From the NCBI GenBank assembly GCA_963799775.1, contig CAWCYD010000003.1:928001-992000 (forward strand): 64,000 bases of DNA, given 5' to 3'. A model generated the notes under the pieces. The model made no database searches and was not told where the DNA came from. It saw only the letters and a program-made list of their open reading frames with translations. The stretch comes from an uncultured archaeon (GTDB taxonomy: Archaea; Thermoproteota; Nitrososphaeria; Nitrososphaerales; Gagatemarchaeaceae). This document shows positions 9,728-20,773 of this stretch, in pieces. The translations under genes and the position numbers were made by a program. Positions within the stretch are counted from its first letter, which is position 1. Every line of letters starts with the position of its first letter.

Positions 9728-11227
9728 CTAGCTTGATGTTGCCGTGAGAGAGTCCGATTCTCTCATCTCGCTTCCGCTGGCAAAGTCCTTGAGGTGGCCA
9801 TAGACATAATCTATTCCTCTCTTGGCAAATCTCAAGTCGTCCTTCGAGCGGATTCCCAAGACCTTCCTCGCCATATATTTCGGAGCCAAGAACACCTTGT
9901 AGAGTTCCTGGGTGAGTTCCTTCACTTGCTCGTTAGTAAGCTCGCTTTTCATGACTGCCTCTCGCATGTCATATCTGTCATAGTCCTCGGTAAGCAACCA
10001 GCCGTTCTCCTTGCACTGGTGCCACAGCATTGTCCCGGGGTAGGGAATCACGATCGTTGCTTGCAGAGTCTCTGCATAGCCAGCGCTGAAGACTTTCTTC
10101 GCGAAATTGACCGTGTTTCGGGCGTCTTGGTAAGTCTCCCAGGGATAACCCATCATTATCGTCAGGTGAGGATCCATCCCATACTTGCTTGCCCATCGGC
10201 AAGTCTCCCAAGCCTGCTGGTTCGTTGTGCCCTTTTGAAGCTTGTCGAGCGTCTTCTGGTTGGCGGACTCGAGCCCGTAAAGGATAAACCTGAATCCTGC
10301 CTTTCCCATCAGCTTGTAATCGTCCTCTTTGAGAGCTCCGAATCGCATGTTGCAGCCTATTCTTATCTTGAAGGCCAGGTCTCTCTCGACCATCCCTTTG
10401 CAGAATGTCGTTAACCACACCCCAGCGGGGAAAGTCCCGGTGTCGTCGAAAATCTCACGGATTCCGTACCGCTTGTGGAGCATTTCCACTTCCTCGAGCA
10501 AGCTCTCAGGAGTTCTCACCTGATACTTCTTGTAGGTCATCGTCCATGAGCAGAAAGTGCATCCGCCGCCGTTCCTCCACCAGCAGTCTCTGCCGACCAT
10601 CGTGTAAGTGCCCGGCTCGTATTTGAAATTACCGTTCTTGACGTAAAGCCACCACTTGGTCAGGCCCCTGTCAATGAGTGGGAGGGTATTGACGTCACTG
10701 TTCTGCTGGTAGACGCCAGTGTTCTTCGTCGTCCCGTCCTTTTCTCTCCACCAGAAGCCAGGATCGAGTGGAGTCCCCTTCGATATGTGATTGGCAAGGG
10801 AGAGGAGCTGAAAGTCGTAGTCTCCGCCCGCAATAACATAGTCCACGGGCGAGTTCTGGAGGGATTCCTCAGGGAAGGCGGTGACGTGGTCGCCCATCAA
10901 GACGATGGCAGTTTGGGGCCAGCGCGCCTTGAACTCCCTGATATACCGCCAGAACGTCTTGACTGTTGGAGCCTTTGTCTCGATTGCGATGAGGTCAGGG
11001 CTCTGGAAGTCTTGCCGCTTGAGGTACTCATCGAACGACATCCGTTCGGCTATTCCATCATCCCAAGTGACATCGTACCCGTTCTCATCCAAAAGTGTGG
11101 CCGCGTAGGCCGGAATGACTGGGTAAATGTAGGTGGGCTGGTTGAAATACTGAAACTGCCGGTTCTGTGAGAGCAGCGGAACTCCTTTCGGAGTCTCGAT
11201 CGGCGGGTACGATATGCTGATTCTCAT
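9728..11227 (-). CDS. Cobalamin-binding radical SAM protein (class B methylase-like)
   Basis: N-terminal B12 domain (MGDHVT), CWWRNGGGCTFC cluster motif, YGLESAN, PYPGT. Confidence 0.85.
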   Translation of the reverse strand: MRISISYPPIETPKGVPLLSQNRQFQYFNQPTYIYPVIPAYAATLLDENGYDVTWDDGIAERMSFDEYLKRQDFQSPDLIAIETKAPTVKTFWRYIREFKARWPQTAIVLMGDHVTAFPEESLQNSPVDYVIAGGDYDFQLLSLANHISKGTPLDPGFWWREKDGTTKNTGVYQQNSDVNTLPLIDRGLTKWWLYVKNGNFKYEPGTYTMVGRDCWWRNGGGCTFCSWTMTYKKYQVRTPESLLEEVEMLHKRYGIREIFDDTGTFPAGVWLTTFCKGMVERDLAFKIRIGCNMRFGALKEDDYKLMGKAGFRFILYGLESANQKTLDKLQKGTTNQQAWETCRWASKYGMDPHLTIMMGYPWETYQDARNTVNFAKKVFSAGYAETLQATIVIPYPGTMLWHQCKENGWLLTEDYDRYDMREAVMKSELTNEQVKELTQELYKVFLAPKYMARKVLGIRSKDDLRFAKRGIDYVYGHLKDFASGSEMRESDSLTATSS

Positions 11228-12168
11228 CTTGCTAGCCTCTGCGTGAGCAACCCCCGCGCAAAGCTTAGCCCGTACACAAGGTGGGTCAGAGGGACTCCTA
11301 TTAGTATCACGGGGGCAAGCCCACCGTCATTTCTCAGGCATAATAAGAGAATTGGTATGGCGTAAACAGACAAGCCGACGAGGAGGACGAGAAGGAACAG
11401 GGGGTTTACGAAGCAAAGAGCCACTAGGAATCCAAGACCCAGGACGAGAAAAGTGGGGGCGAAATACTGAAGCCTTCTCGAGGTGTCGGGGAAACGCTTC
11501 GCGAAGAATCCCCTGTGAGTTCCATAGTTCGCAATCTGCTGAAGGTACCCTTTGAGTGTGGGTCGTCGATGATGATAGACCACGACGTCGGGTGCGAGCA
11601 ACTGCTTGAACCCCGCTTTCTTGATGTTTAGGCACAACAGGGTGTCCTCTCCAGGCCAGTAGTGCTCGTCCCATCCGCCGGCTCTTTCGACAACTTCCCG
11701 CCAAGCAATGAAGTTGACCGAGTGTATGTCGTCGGTCTCAACCAACCGCGACTCTTTGTAGCGATTGGCCAGCCCTCCGACTAGATGGGAGGAGAGCATG
11801 GAATCCTGAACTGCTGCGAATGCACCATCGCCAGGAGGAGTAAGCCCAGGGCCTCCGACAGCACCCACTCCGTCTTCTTGAAGGTATCCCACAGCTTTGG
11901 AGAGCCAATCAGACTTCGGATAGGCATCCGAATCGATGTATGCGAGAATTTCGCCCTTCCCTATAGACGCCGCAATGTTTCGCTTTTCCCCTGGAGTGAC
12001 CGGACCTGTCGGAACGACATTTGCACCTTCCACAGTAGCCGGCAGATCTGGCACCAATACAACCTCGAAGTTGGGGTAATCCATTTCGCGGCATGCCTTC
12101 AGGCATTCCATAGTCATCTTGTCGATTCGCCGGCACGGGATGATGACGGTCACCAATGGCGTTTCCAT
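11224..12168 (-). CDS. Glycosyltransferase family 2 with C-terminal TM helices
   Basis: VTVIIP, YIDSDAYP, GEDTLL, VYHHRR. Confidence 0.9.
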   Translation of the reverse strand: METPLVTVIIPCRRIDKMTMECLKACREMDYPNFEVVLVPDLPATVEGANVVPTGPVTPGEKRNIAASIGKGEILAYIDSDAYPKSDWLSKAVGYLQEDGVGAVGGPGLTPPGDGAFAAVQDSMLSSHLVGGLANRYKESRLVETDDIHSVNFIAWREVVERAGGWDEHYWPGEDTLLCLNIKKAGFKQLLAPDVVVYHHRRPTLKGYLQQIANYGTHRGFFAKRFPDTSRRLQYFAPTFLVLGLGFLVALCFVNPLFLLVLLVGLSVYAIPILLLCLRNDGGLAPVILIGVPLTHLVYGLSFARGLLTQRLAR

Positions 12169-12175
12169 CTTCGAG

Positions 12176-12415
12176 TCAACCGCCTGGTTCGTAGATCGAT
12201 CTCAGTTTTGAGCTCAACTTTCTTGTTTCGCCAATATCGAATCTTGGCCCGATGGCATTCAGTCTCCGGTCGAACTCCTTGGCTTCAAGAATCAAGACCT
12301 CATTCGAGGTGCCTTTGGGCGCAAACTTCAGGAATCGCTTCACTTGAAGAACCAGGTCGCGGTATCGCATCCTTTCCTGGGCAATTGTCACAGCAGTATC
12401 CTTCGAATCGCTCAT
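12176..12415 (-). CDS. Small hypothetical protein
   Basis: 79-aa ATG ORF filling the gap in a co-directional operon. Confidence 0.5.
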   Translation of the reverse strand: MSDSKDTAVTIAQERMRYRDLVLQVKRFLKFAPKGTSNEVLILEAKEFDRRLNAIGPRFDIGETRKLSSKLRSIYEPGG

Positions 12416-12460
12416 GAAGATTCAGTCTTCGACTAGCATCGATGCAGGGCCGTCATGAGG

Positions 12461-13264
12461 TCAAATGGGGATTACGGGCTTGTAACTTAGCGACGGATTG
12501 TTCAAGTTCTTTTGGTACCATTTCAGAACTCGCAGCCTATAGACTATGCCTAACAAGTCAACTATCATGTACATTATTGCCCGCTTGCTGAAGGCCGAGG
12601 TCTGCTCTATCTTGACTGGAAACTCGGCAACTCGCAGCCTTAGGAGGTCGGCCACCGCAAGTATCTCGACGTCATAGGCGTACCTCTTTACCGAAATCAC
12701 CCCCATGATGCGTCTAAAGTGCTCGCCGCGCATCGCCTTCAGGCCTGTCTGAGAGTCAGTGAACCTGATTCCCGTTAGCAGTCTCATCGTTTTATTGAAG
12801 CTCACGCTCAGAAACTTTCTCATGAGGGGTGCCCTGTAAACAGAATCAGGATGCCGTTTTGATGCGATGCATATGTCGTAGTTTCTCAGCGCTTCTACGT
12901 ATTGCCTGACATGCGAAGGGTCGATATCCAGGTCTCCGTCCATAACAATAACAGCTCCACCGCGAACTTTCTCCGCTGCTTTCTTCACGGCATTGCCCTT
13001 TCCTCGGTTGATCGGTATTCTCACGGCGACGACCGAAGGGTTCTCTTTTGCCAGTGACCGCAATCGCCGATAGGTATCGTCCGTCGAGCCGTCATCGACC
13101 ACGACTATCTCGAAAGACTCCACCGCCTTGGACGCAGCCTCCGAAATCTTCTGCAAGGTAGCCGAGATGGTATCTCCCTCGTTGTACGCCGGGATTACTA
13201 TCGAAAGCTCTGGGCGCTCCCTGCTTGAGCCATGGACGAGTTCCTTCGTGACAGGCTGCATCAT
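12461..13264 (-). CDS. GT2, dolichol-phosphate glycosyltransferase-like
   Basis: IPAYNEG, VDDGSTD, MDGDLD, DSQTGLK. Confidence 0.9.
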   Translation of the reverse strand: MMQPVTKELVHGSSRERPELSIVIPAYNEGDTISATLQKISEAASKAVESFEIVVVDDGSTDDTYRRLRSLAKENPSVVAVRIPINRGKGNAVKKAAEKVRGGAVIVMDGDLDIDPSHVRQYVEALRNYDICIASKRHPDSVYRAPLMRKFLSVSFNKTMRLLTGIRFTDSQTGLKAMRGEHFRRIMGVISVKRYAYDVEILAVADLLRLRVAEFPVKIEQTSAFSKRAIMYMIVDLLGIVYRLRVLKWYQKNLNNPSLSYKPVIPI

Positions 13265-14277
13265 TCGACGATTAGACTCCGTCTAAAGTATTCTATTGTG
13301 TGTTTCATTCCCTCTTGCAGGCCTACGGTGGGCTCCCATCCGAGCTTGCGGATCCTGGAAATATCAGGGCACCTTCGATGTGGATCGTCTTCACGAGGGT
13401 CCGAATAGACAAGCTTCGACACGCTTTTGGTTGCGCGCATGATCTCTTGCGCCAGTGCCATGACGGAAATCTCGTTGGGATTCCCTATATTCGCGATCAT
13501 CCCATCGGCATCTGCCGCAGCGAGCATCATCAGGCCCCTCACTGTATCTGTGACGTAACAGAAGCTCCGCGTCTGCATGCCCTTGCCGTGAATCGTGACG
13601 GGGGCATTGGTCAGGGCCTGAATAATGAATCTGGGCACTACTCTTGCGTAGATTCCGTCAGACCTGATGCGAGGACCGTATGTGTTGAAAATTCGAGGTA
13701 TTCTCACCTTCGACTTGTATTGCCTGAAGTAGGCCATGCAGAGAGCCTCACCGAACCGCTTTGCCTCGTCATAGCAGGATCTGACGCCGACAGAACTGAC
13801 ATTCCCGAAGTAGGATTCAGATGTCGGAACCTGCACGGCATCTCCGTAGACCTCGGAAGTTGACGCGAAGAGCAGTGTCCCATTGCATCGCCTTGTTAGC
13901 TCCAGCATCCGAGATGTACCAGCTGAATTTGCCATTAGAGTTTCGAGAGGAAACTTCTGGTATTCCTCGGGAGAAGCGCGACTTGCCAAATGAAAGATGT
14001 AATCATACTTGCCTTCGAAGGTCGCAGACTCGACGTCGGCGCGAATCAATGTGATTTTGTCTCGGACTTGGCTAATATTTTCCATCAAGCCGGTGGAGAA
14101 GTTGTCCAGACAATCAACCGATGCCCCGCACTCGACGAGGGAATTTACCAACCAGCTCCCGACAAACCCCGCTCCGCCAGTTACGAGGATTCGAGATTGC
14201 GAGTAAACAGGGCTGAACTGCTTTGCCAGCTCCCGGATGATCCGAGATTCGCTTTCTTCAATCACATTCCAAGACAT
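13261..14277 (-). CDS. UDP-glucuronate decarboxylase-like SDR
   Basis: VTGGAGFVG, HLASRASP, RSCYDEAKR, RIFNTYGPR, DDPHRRCPDI. Confidence 0.9.
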   Translation of the reverse strand: MSWNVIEESESRIIRELAKQFSPVYSQSRILVTGGAGFVGSWLVNSLVECGASVDCLDNFSTGLMENISQVRDKITLIRADVESATFEGKYDYIFHLASRASPEEYQKFPLETLMANSAGTSRMLELTRRCNGTLLFASTSEVYGDAVQVPTSESYFGNVSSVGVRSCYDEAKRFGEALCMAYFRQYKSKVRIPRIFNTYGPRIRSDGIYARVVPRFIIQALTNAPVTIHGKGMQTRSFCYVTDTVRGLMMLAAADADGMIANIGNPNEISVMALAQEIMRATKSVSKLVYSDPREDDPHRRCPDISRIRKLGWEPTVGLQEGMKHTIEYFRRSLIVE

Positions 14278-14481
14278 CCATTGTCGCGCCGCAATCTAGA
14301 ATCCGCTCGCGGTCAGCACGAACATCAACCGCTGAAGCGAACAGCGACAATCCGCCGATTGTTGGCGAATCGTTCGTATATGAAAGCTTTTCACCCGATT
14401 TTTCATGAATAGTTCCTGAACACGGCAATTCGAGCATAAATTTCGGTGCTTCGAAACCGCGTTCATGCATTTTCTCAGTTG

Positions 14482-15631
14482 TCAGGAGTGCTCACTAACC
14501 ACGAGTCGATATAAGCTCTCCACGCTTTCTGTAACTCGGTCCCAGTCGTTCGCCTCGGCAAAATGCCTCGCCTCAATTCCCATCCGCTTCCTCGCTTGAT
14601 CGTCCCGGAACAACTCGACGATGGCCCTCGCGAGGTCACCTTGGCTCATTGGGTTGGACCAGAATCCCCGTCTTGTGGTCCGAGATTACATCTACGATGC
14701 CTCCAACTCGGGAACCGATAACAGGCCTGCCTGTTGACATCGCCTCGAGCAGCGCAAGTCCGTATCCCTCGGAACTGTCCTGACTGGGAAGCACGAACAA
14801 ATCACACGCTGCATAATACTTCGGAAGCATCTCTTCAGAAACGCTCCCGATGAAGGAGACCATTCGCTCAATTCCCAGGTCCGTGGCCAGTTTCTTGTTG
14901 TAATCTGCAAGCTCTCCACCCCCCACTACAATCAGGTGAGAATCGGGGATTTCACGGCTTGCCACTTCAAAGGCCCTAATCAAATTATCCAAACCTTTGT
15001 AGGCGTGCCACCGCGTGAGCGCCCCGACGAACAGAACAACCTTCTTGCCGGAAAGTCCGTGCAATGCTCTAATCGATTGTCCGTCAACAGACGGATTGAA
15101 TCGGCTGGTGTCGACGCCATTGGAGATTACTACCACCTTCTCAGAATGACTTTGGAGAATAGGAGAGTTTCTTGCATACGCTGCAGTCGTGGCGATGATT
15201 CTCTGATACTGGCTCAGATACAATGGAGCGAACACATCGTGGATTCGCACCAGCACTCCAGCCGCGGAGGTGACCCGCGGCAGATCGTTGTGCCATGTTA
15301 GGATGGCCGGAATCCTGCGCACTCTGCTAAGAAAGGCAAACATCGCCGAGAGATATGGGCTTGGGAAATTGCAATGGATGACATCATAATTCTCGAAGAA
15401 CAAGTTCAACGGCGACACCGCGATTGGAGTCCCATACAGCCTAATCGGCGCTCGCATTCTCCTCACTCGGACTCCAGCTTCAATGGTCTCGCCGACAGGT
15501 AGGGGATTGTGGGCACAGTAGACTGTGACGTCATGCCCGCGCTTGGCTAGACGGCGAGAAAGACTGCTCACATAAGTCTCCGCCCCCCCTATCCAAGGAG
15601 GATAGAAGCTATTGACGATGCAAATCCTCAT
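14482..15631 (-). CDS. Glycosyltransferase family 4 (frameshift near 14640)
   Basis: YPPWIGGAE, EGYGLALLEAM; C-terminus continues in another frame (DLARAIVELF...EHS*). Confidence 0.85.
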
Positions 15632-15673
15632 TTGGGGCCCGTGACTTCGATTCTCTAGGCGTCATCAGCCGGG

Positions 15674-17243
15674 TCATGAACCTTTACTGAGTTGAAGAAC
15701 TCTTCTCTCGAAACCAAGAAAGGCTTCGAAGACCCTTCGCAGCGGACCCAGTGTCTCGACCGCGATGGACAGTCGAACAAGGTCATCATTATTCAGGCCT
15801 CTGAAGAGCGGGACGGCCACGAGATACACTGGCAAGAAGACGACAGCCGCAAAAACGACCCCCCAGATTGACGAGAAGCCGCCAAGGGGAATCAGCGCGA
15901 CTGCAATCCACGCGACGAGCCCCGCCAAGAATATGCCAACCAGAGGGAGTGGAGCAAGTCGCACGTCCAGATATTTCATCGCCAACGCCAGGCCTGGAGT
16001 CACAATGGCGAGATTCGAGACAAGCAGAGCTATCATCAGCCCCTGAGCTCCTAGGCCAAGGCCAAGGATGAGGACCAGACTTGCGAGAACGAATGCCACA
16101 GCACTTGTAATCGATATCACCAGTGTAAAACGACTCTTTCCAACTCCGTTCATGAAGGAGGGGATTACCGTGAGCCCGGCCGCAATCGGAAGGTTCGAAA
16201 CCGCGACAAGTTTTAGCAGGACTATGCCACCCGAATAGGCGTGGCTGTAAAAAAGGTCGAAGAGGGGCGAGGCAGCCGCCAAGATGAAGAAGATGATCGG
16301 CGTCAGTATTAGGGAGACGTACTTCACCGAGTATGAGAAAGCCAAGGAGATATCCTCCTTGAGCCCGTGAAGTTCCGCGAAGGAGCGAAAGAGTGAATTC
16401 GCGACTGCCCCCGAAATCACGCCCACGGGCGTAATGACGTTAGCAGCCGCCTGATAGTAGCCGACCACAGTGTCGCTCACGGCAGAAGCGAGTATAACCA
16501 CTGAGTATTGAGCGGCTAGCCCAAGGATGATGCTTCCCACGAAGAGAGGAAAGCCGTACTTGACCATCGCCTTCAGGTTCCTCCAGGAAGTGACTCACGG
16601 CTCCGATTGGAACCCGAATTCGGAGAACGTAAATCGCGATGCACGCGACGGCACCTTGTATAATATACGATGCGACGTGGCCCACCACCGCCCCGTATAC
16701 CCCGAATCCCGCCAAGACTAGACCCGCTCCAACCGTCAGCTTTAGCAGAGCCTGAAGAATCGCATAGAGACTCACCTGCGTCATGGAGTTCCATCCGATG
16801 AGAGCTGAAGTCGCGGTCTGGGCCACGGTTACCGCCGCAACGTAGATGGACGAAACCCAGACATACTGGATAAGCTCTGGCCTGTGGAGAAACGCGCTCA
16901 CAAAGTACGGAGCTGCGAGGAAGTTTAATCCGGACAGTGCAAGCCCGAACATCAGAGTGAATAGAATAGCCGTTCTCGTCATGCTCGCAGCCTTCTCTCG
17001 CTCTCCAGTCGAAAGGGAGAAGGCAACATATCGTGTCACGGCGGTCCCCACGCCAAGACCGACGAAGAGAGTGAGAATCGACGGAGCCAAGAAGACAAGG
17101 GTGTAAGCCCCATAGCCGGGTGGCCCGAGCAGTCTTGCTATCACAATTGTCGCAATCGTGAGTATGCCCGTCGAAACGAAGTTGCCCGCGAAGAGAATGA
17201 AACTTCCCCGCGAGGTCGCCTGAGCGACGCTGGTAGACGACAA
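15674..17243 (-). CDS. Oligosaccharide flippase (Wzx/MOP family), frameshift near 16575
   Basis: Two overlapping polytopic ORFs; IARLLGPPGYG, VGYYQAA. Confidence 0.85.
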
Positions 17244-17301
17244 ACGATTACTCCCGCCTTGAGCTCGTATATTTGCTCACAAAAACCAGATACCCTTCGG
17301 C

Positions 17302-18183
17302 CTAGTCCGCGCCTTTGCGGAGGACAGTCGAGAGAGTGAAGAGGATGATCCCGGTGAAGAAAGTGAAGAGGCCGAAGATGCCGATGGAGAATCCCGTCAA
17401 TGCGTAAGTGATTACCAAGTTGGTGAGGAGACCCTGTCCGAGGAAAAGGAGGTAGGCGTGGACGACGAAGTAGAATCCAAGAATCGTGATCAGCATGCCC
17501 GGTATGCCATAGAAGGTCATCGGGTGCCTAATTGAAGTCAGCTTTATCGCGCTGGTCAGAACGTCGATTGTGTGATAGATTGGGTTGTGGGTGGATGTCT
17601 TGCCAATGCCGTACCTCACGGAGATCGGCACTTCCATGATCTTCATGCCCTGCCTGGACGCGTCCATCAAAATCTCGGAGTCGACGCCCATTCCCGTCTC
17701 GGAGGGTCGCAGCGACTGGATTGCCTTCTTGTTGTACGCCCTGAACCCGGATTGAGTATCGGAAATCCCGGATATGGTGACTGCATTCAGTAGTCTATTC
17801 CCCACGCGCCTGTGAGTTGGAATCCCCACGTTGCTGTCGTGAAATCGGGCTCCAATCACTATGTCAGCTTCCCCCCTCATCAATGGCTCGACAAGCTGGG
17901 GTATCTCGGCGGGCTCGTGCTGGTCGTCACCATCCAACGTTACCATGATGTCGGCCCCCATCGTCCTGCATTCGGCGAACAAGGAACGAAAAGCCTCTCC
18001 CTTGCCCATGTTCTGCTCGTGGCGTATCACCTTTGCACCCAGCTTCTCCGCGATGTCAGCGGTCATATCCTTGGATCCATCGTCGCAAACGAGCACCTGG
18101 TCAACGTAATCCTGCGCCCTAACCACGACCTTTCCGATAGTCCTCTCTTCATTGAACGCGGGGATGCATGCTACCTTAATCAA
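17302..18183 (-). CDS. GT2 (DPM1-like) with C-terminal TM helices
   Basis: IPAFNEE, DDGSKD, LDGDDQH, DTQSGFRAY. Confidence 0.9.
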   Translation of the reverse strand: MIKVACIPAFNEERTIGKVVVRAQDYVDQVLVCDDGSKDMTADIAEKLGAKVIRHEQNMGKGEAFRSLFAECRTMGADIMVTLDGDDQHEPAEIPQLVEPLMRGEADIVIGARFHDSNVGIPTHRRVGNRLLNAVTISGISDTQSGFRAYNKKAIQSLRPSETGMGVDSEILMDASRQGMKIMEVPISVRYGIGKTSTHNPIYHTIDVLTSAIKLTSIRHPMTFYGIPGMLITILGFYFVVHAYLLFLGQGLLTNLVITYALTGFSIGIFGLFTFFTGIILFTLSTVLRKGAD

Positions 18184-19456
18184 GTGCGGGCACCAATCAG
18201 ACAGTTCTTACCTCAAGCTTCTTCCAAAGTCTTTAAGTCTTATCGTAGCGAACACAAGAATCACGTCTCTTCCGCAGAGAGCAAGAAGCTACTTCAGGAC
18301 AAACTGGGGATCGCCCTTCGTCATCGCCTTCATCGTCCTCCTCTTGATTTCCGCAGCGGAACTGGCGGCCGGACTCACGAACGCAGCAGACTCGGACGCT
18401 GTGTACGCGTTCTCCGCCCTAATCGTTGGAGTCGCGCTGCAGATAGCCTCATACGTGAAATATGGTGAAACGGGCCTGCCCCAGACTTTCATACCTGCGC
18501 CCCCTGCCCCCCCATCTCATGGCGGGTTCTCAGGGAGAACCAAGCTAGCGGCGCTCATCATAGTAATTTTGGTCCTCGTGGGAGGAATCTTCATAGGATA
18601 TCCCACGCTGTTCCCTGGAGCTCCGTCCCCAACCTTGACGGGGCATTCGAGCACAGCGACCTCGGCCTCAGGCTCCTCAGGCTGCTCAGGAAGCTCGGAT
18701 GATGGGACGATCTTCGTATCCTCCGGCATCTCCTTGTCCATCGAGATTTGTGGGCGCAGTTATCAAGTGACCGCCGGGGCAGGAGGAGGGCTGACCTACC
18801 AATTCGATGCAGGGCCTGCAACGTTCGTCGCCCCCCAGTCTGTTGACGGCAGTCAGTTCGAGTTTTGGTATGTCCTCCTAGCTGGAAGCACGCCGCAGCG
18901 TTTGAACGATTCGATGATGACTTTGAACCTGCCCGGCGGCCTCTCTTCGCAAAGCTCCTTGATCGAGCTATTCTACTCGGCACCTCCGACGAGCGTAACA
19001 AACTCCACGACCTACAGTTCCACGACTTCGAGCTCATCGTCGCAATCCTTCTCATCGGTCACAACTTCTTCCCCGACTGTAACGGGCACCTCGACCAATA
19101 TCTCAACGGGGACGAACAGCACAACCAGTTCGACAAGTACATCGACGTCGGTATCGACAATCAATGCCTGCGGGGGGACAGACGGGACGTTCTACATCTC
19201 GACCAATCTAGCTCAGTCTGTCCCTCTTTCCATCTGCGGACAGGAGATTCAGGTCATGCAAGGCGGTCTCGACATTCAGTATCAGGCGGGTCAGATCCCT
19301 CTTGTGGCGCCATCAACCGCCGGTGGTCTCACTTTCCAGTACTGGTCGTTCATTCTCGGCCCTAACCAGTACACGGAGACGACTGCCCAGATCACTCTCC
19401 CTCTGAGCGCTGGGTACACCCCTCAGCAGGTAACCGTGGAAGCGTTCTATGGTTAA
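18152..19456 (+). CDS. Membrane protein with two copies of an unrecognised extracellular domain (true start uncertain)
   Basis: N-terminal TM helices (NWGSPFVIAF...), Ser/Thr linker, two alignable Cys-containing domains. Confidence 0.7.
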   Translation: MNAGMHATLIKCGHQSDSSYLKLLPKSLSLIVANTRITSLPQRARSYFRTNWGSPFVIAFIVLLLISAAELAAGLTNAADSDAVYAFSALIVGVALQIASYVKYGETGLPQTFIPAPPAPPSHGGFSGRTKLAALIIVILVLVGGIFIGYPTLFPGAPSPTLTGHSSTATSASGSSGCSGSSDDGTIFVSSGISLSIEICGRSYQVTAGAGGGLTYQFDAGPATFVAPQSVDGSQFEFWYVLLAGSTPQRLNDSMMTLNLPGGLSSQSSLIELFYSAPPTSVTNSTTYSSTTSSSSSQSFSSVTTSSPTVTGTSTNISTGTNSTTSSTSTSTSVSTINACGGTDGTFYISTNLAQSVPLSICGQEIQVMQGGLDIQYQAGQIPLVAPSTAGGLTFQYWSFILGPNQYTETTAQITLPLSAGYTPQQVTVEAFYG

Positions 19457-19467
19457 GGTCGGCCCGC

Positions 19468-20403
19468 TTAATTGTCGAGTCTAAATCTCAGACCATCGAT
19501 TGTTCCCTTTAGGAAGCTAGCCGCGGTCTTTGTCCTTCCATCCGTCGTGCTCAGAGGGTGATGTACCAAGTAGTATGCGGAGATGAACGGGAGTATGCAG
19601 AAAGAATAGAAGGCTAAGTCCCGCTTCTTGTAGTATCTCTTCAGGACGATGATCCTATTCCTCTCAGTGTAGTAGGCTCTCGTGCTGTCGATGTGCACCA
19701 GCGACCACCCTAGGTCGTGCCAGTCTTTCGCGGAGGGGTTGACCATTGCCACGTAACCCGCATTGCTCAGCTTGTGCGCAAAGTCCACCTCGCTGAACCT
19801 GATGGGAAGGTTCGCGCAGTCGAAGCCGTGAAGCTGCTCGAAGACCTCGCGTTTCACCACGAACGAATTGTGAAATGAGAAAGTGCGCGCCTCCGCGCTC
19901 GGAACGTCTGTGTGAAGCGTGTAGAAGCCCGGGAGCCTGCCTCTCGAGATGGTCGAGGTCCAGACGGTCGAAGGTCGTGCGAGATAGTAAATCATCGGGG
20001 CGGCGACTGCAGTGCGGGTCGAATTCCCTAGTGTCTCCACGAGCAGGCGGATCGCGTCCGGGGCGACGACGTTGTCATCGTCGAGGAAGAAGAGGTAGCT
20101 GCCCTTGGAGGCTGCCGCGCCGATGTTCCTGGAGCAGGAGAGCAGCATCCTCCTTTCGTTGCGGATGAACCTGGCGGAGGGGAACCTTGCTGAAAGAGCC
20201 GGTTCGACGGGCTCCGTTGACGCGTCGTCGACTACTATGACTTCGAGGTCTCGATGGTCGCTCGCGTAGACCGATTCGAGGCAGCGCGTCAGCTTGTCGT
20301 TCCTGTTCCGCGTTGGGATGATGACCGATACGAGCCTGCCCGCGGGATTCGCGCCTGTCGCCGAAGGCCGCTCCACGGCCGGCGTCTTGGATTCACTTGC
20401 CAA
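19468..20403 (-). CDS. Glycosyltransferase family 2
   Basis: VSVIIPTRNR, VDDAS, FLDDDN. Confidence 0.9.
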   Translation of the reverse strand: MASESKTPAVERPSATGANPAGRLVSVIIPTRNRNDKLTRCLESVYASDHRDLEVIVVDDASTEPVEPALSARFPSARFIRNERRMLLSCSRNIGAAASKGSYLFFLDDDNVVAPDAIRLLVETLGNSTRTAVAAPMIYYLARPSTVWTSTISRGRLPGFYTLHTDVPSAEARTFSFHNSFVVKREVFEQLHGFDCANLPIRFSEVDFAHKLSNAGYVAMVNPSAKDWHDLGWSLVHIDSTRAYYTERNRIIVLKRYYKKRDLAFYSFCILPFISAYYLVHHPLSTTDGRTKTAASFLKGTIDGLRFRLDN

Positions 20404-20773
20404 GCGAGAGCGTCAAGGTCTCCTTCGGCCCGTCAAGGTTCGCGACCATGGTTCTGAGCGCCTCCCTCCCCAGAAGCCTTCCGTGAAGGTGAGGCGAGGA
20501 GTGCACTCGTGTGGAGATGCGCACGGAGTCGATCGTCACGTCTGACAGCGCGGTGTAGACAACAATCCTCCTAGAGTCTGGCAAGACCGCGGCGTAGCTC
20601 TCGGGCACAAGCCTGCTCGTCAAGCCCAGAGACTGAAAGACGGCGAAGGGCAGAAGGACGCCTCCAGAGAAGCCCGTGTCCACGGCGAGCTCCATGGTGA
20701 AAGCGCCAATCGTCGCCTTGACCACGGGCGCGCTGGGTTCATGCTCCCTGCTGTATTTCCAGGTCAGGTCCAA
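20393..20773 (-). CDS. Clan AA (retropepsin-like) aspartic protease, copy 1
   Basis: TTG at 20773: MDLTWKYSREHEPSAPVV...AVDTGFSG...LLGREAL. Confidence 0.8.
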   Translation of the reverse strand: MDLTWKYSREHEPSAPVVKATIGAFTMELAVDTGFSGGVLLPFAVFQSLGLTSRLVPESYAAVLPDSRRIVVYTALSDVTIDSVRISTRVHSSPHLHGRLLGREALRTMVANLDGPKETLTLSLGK

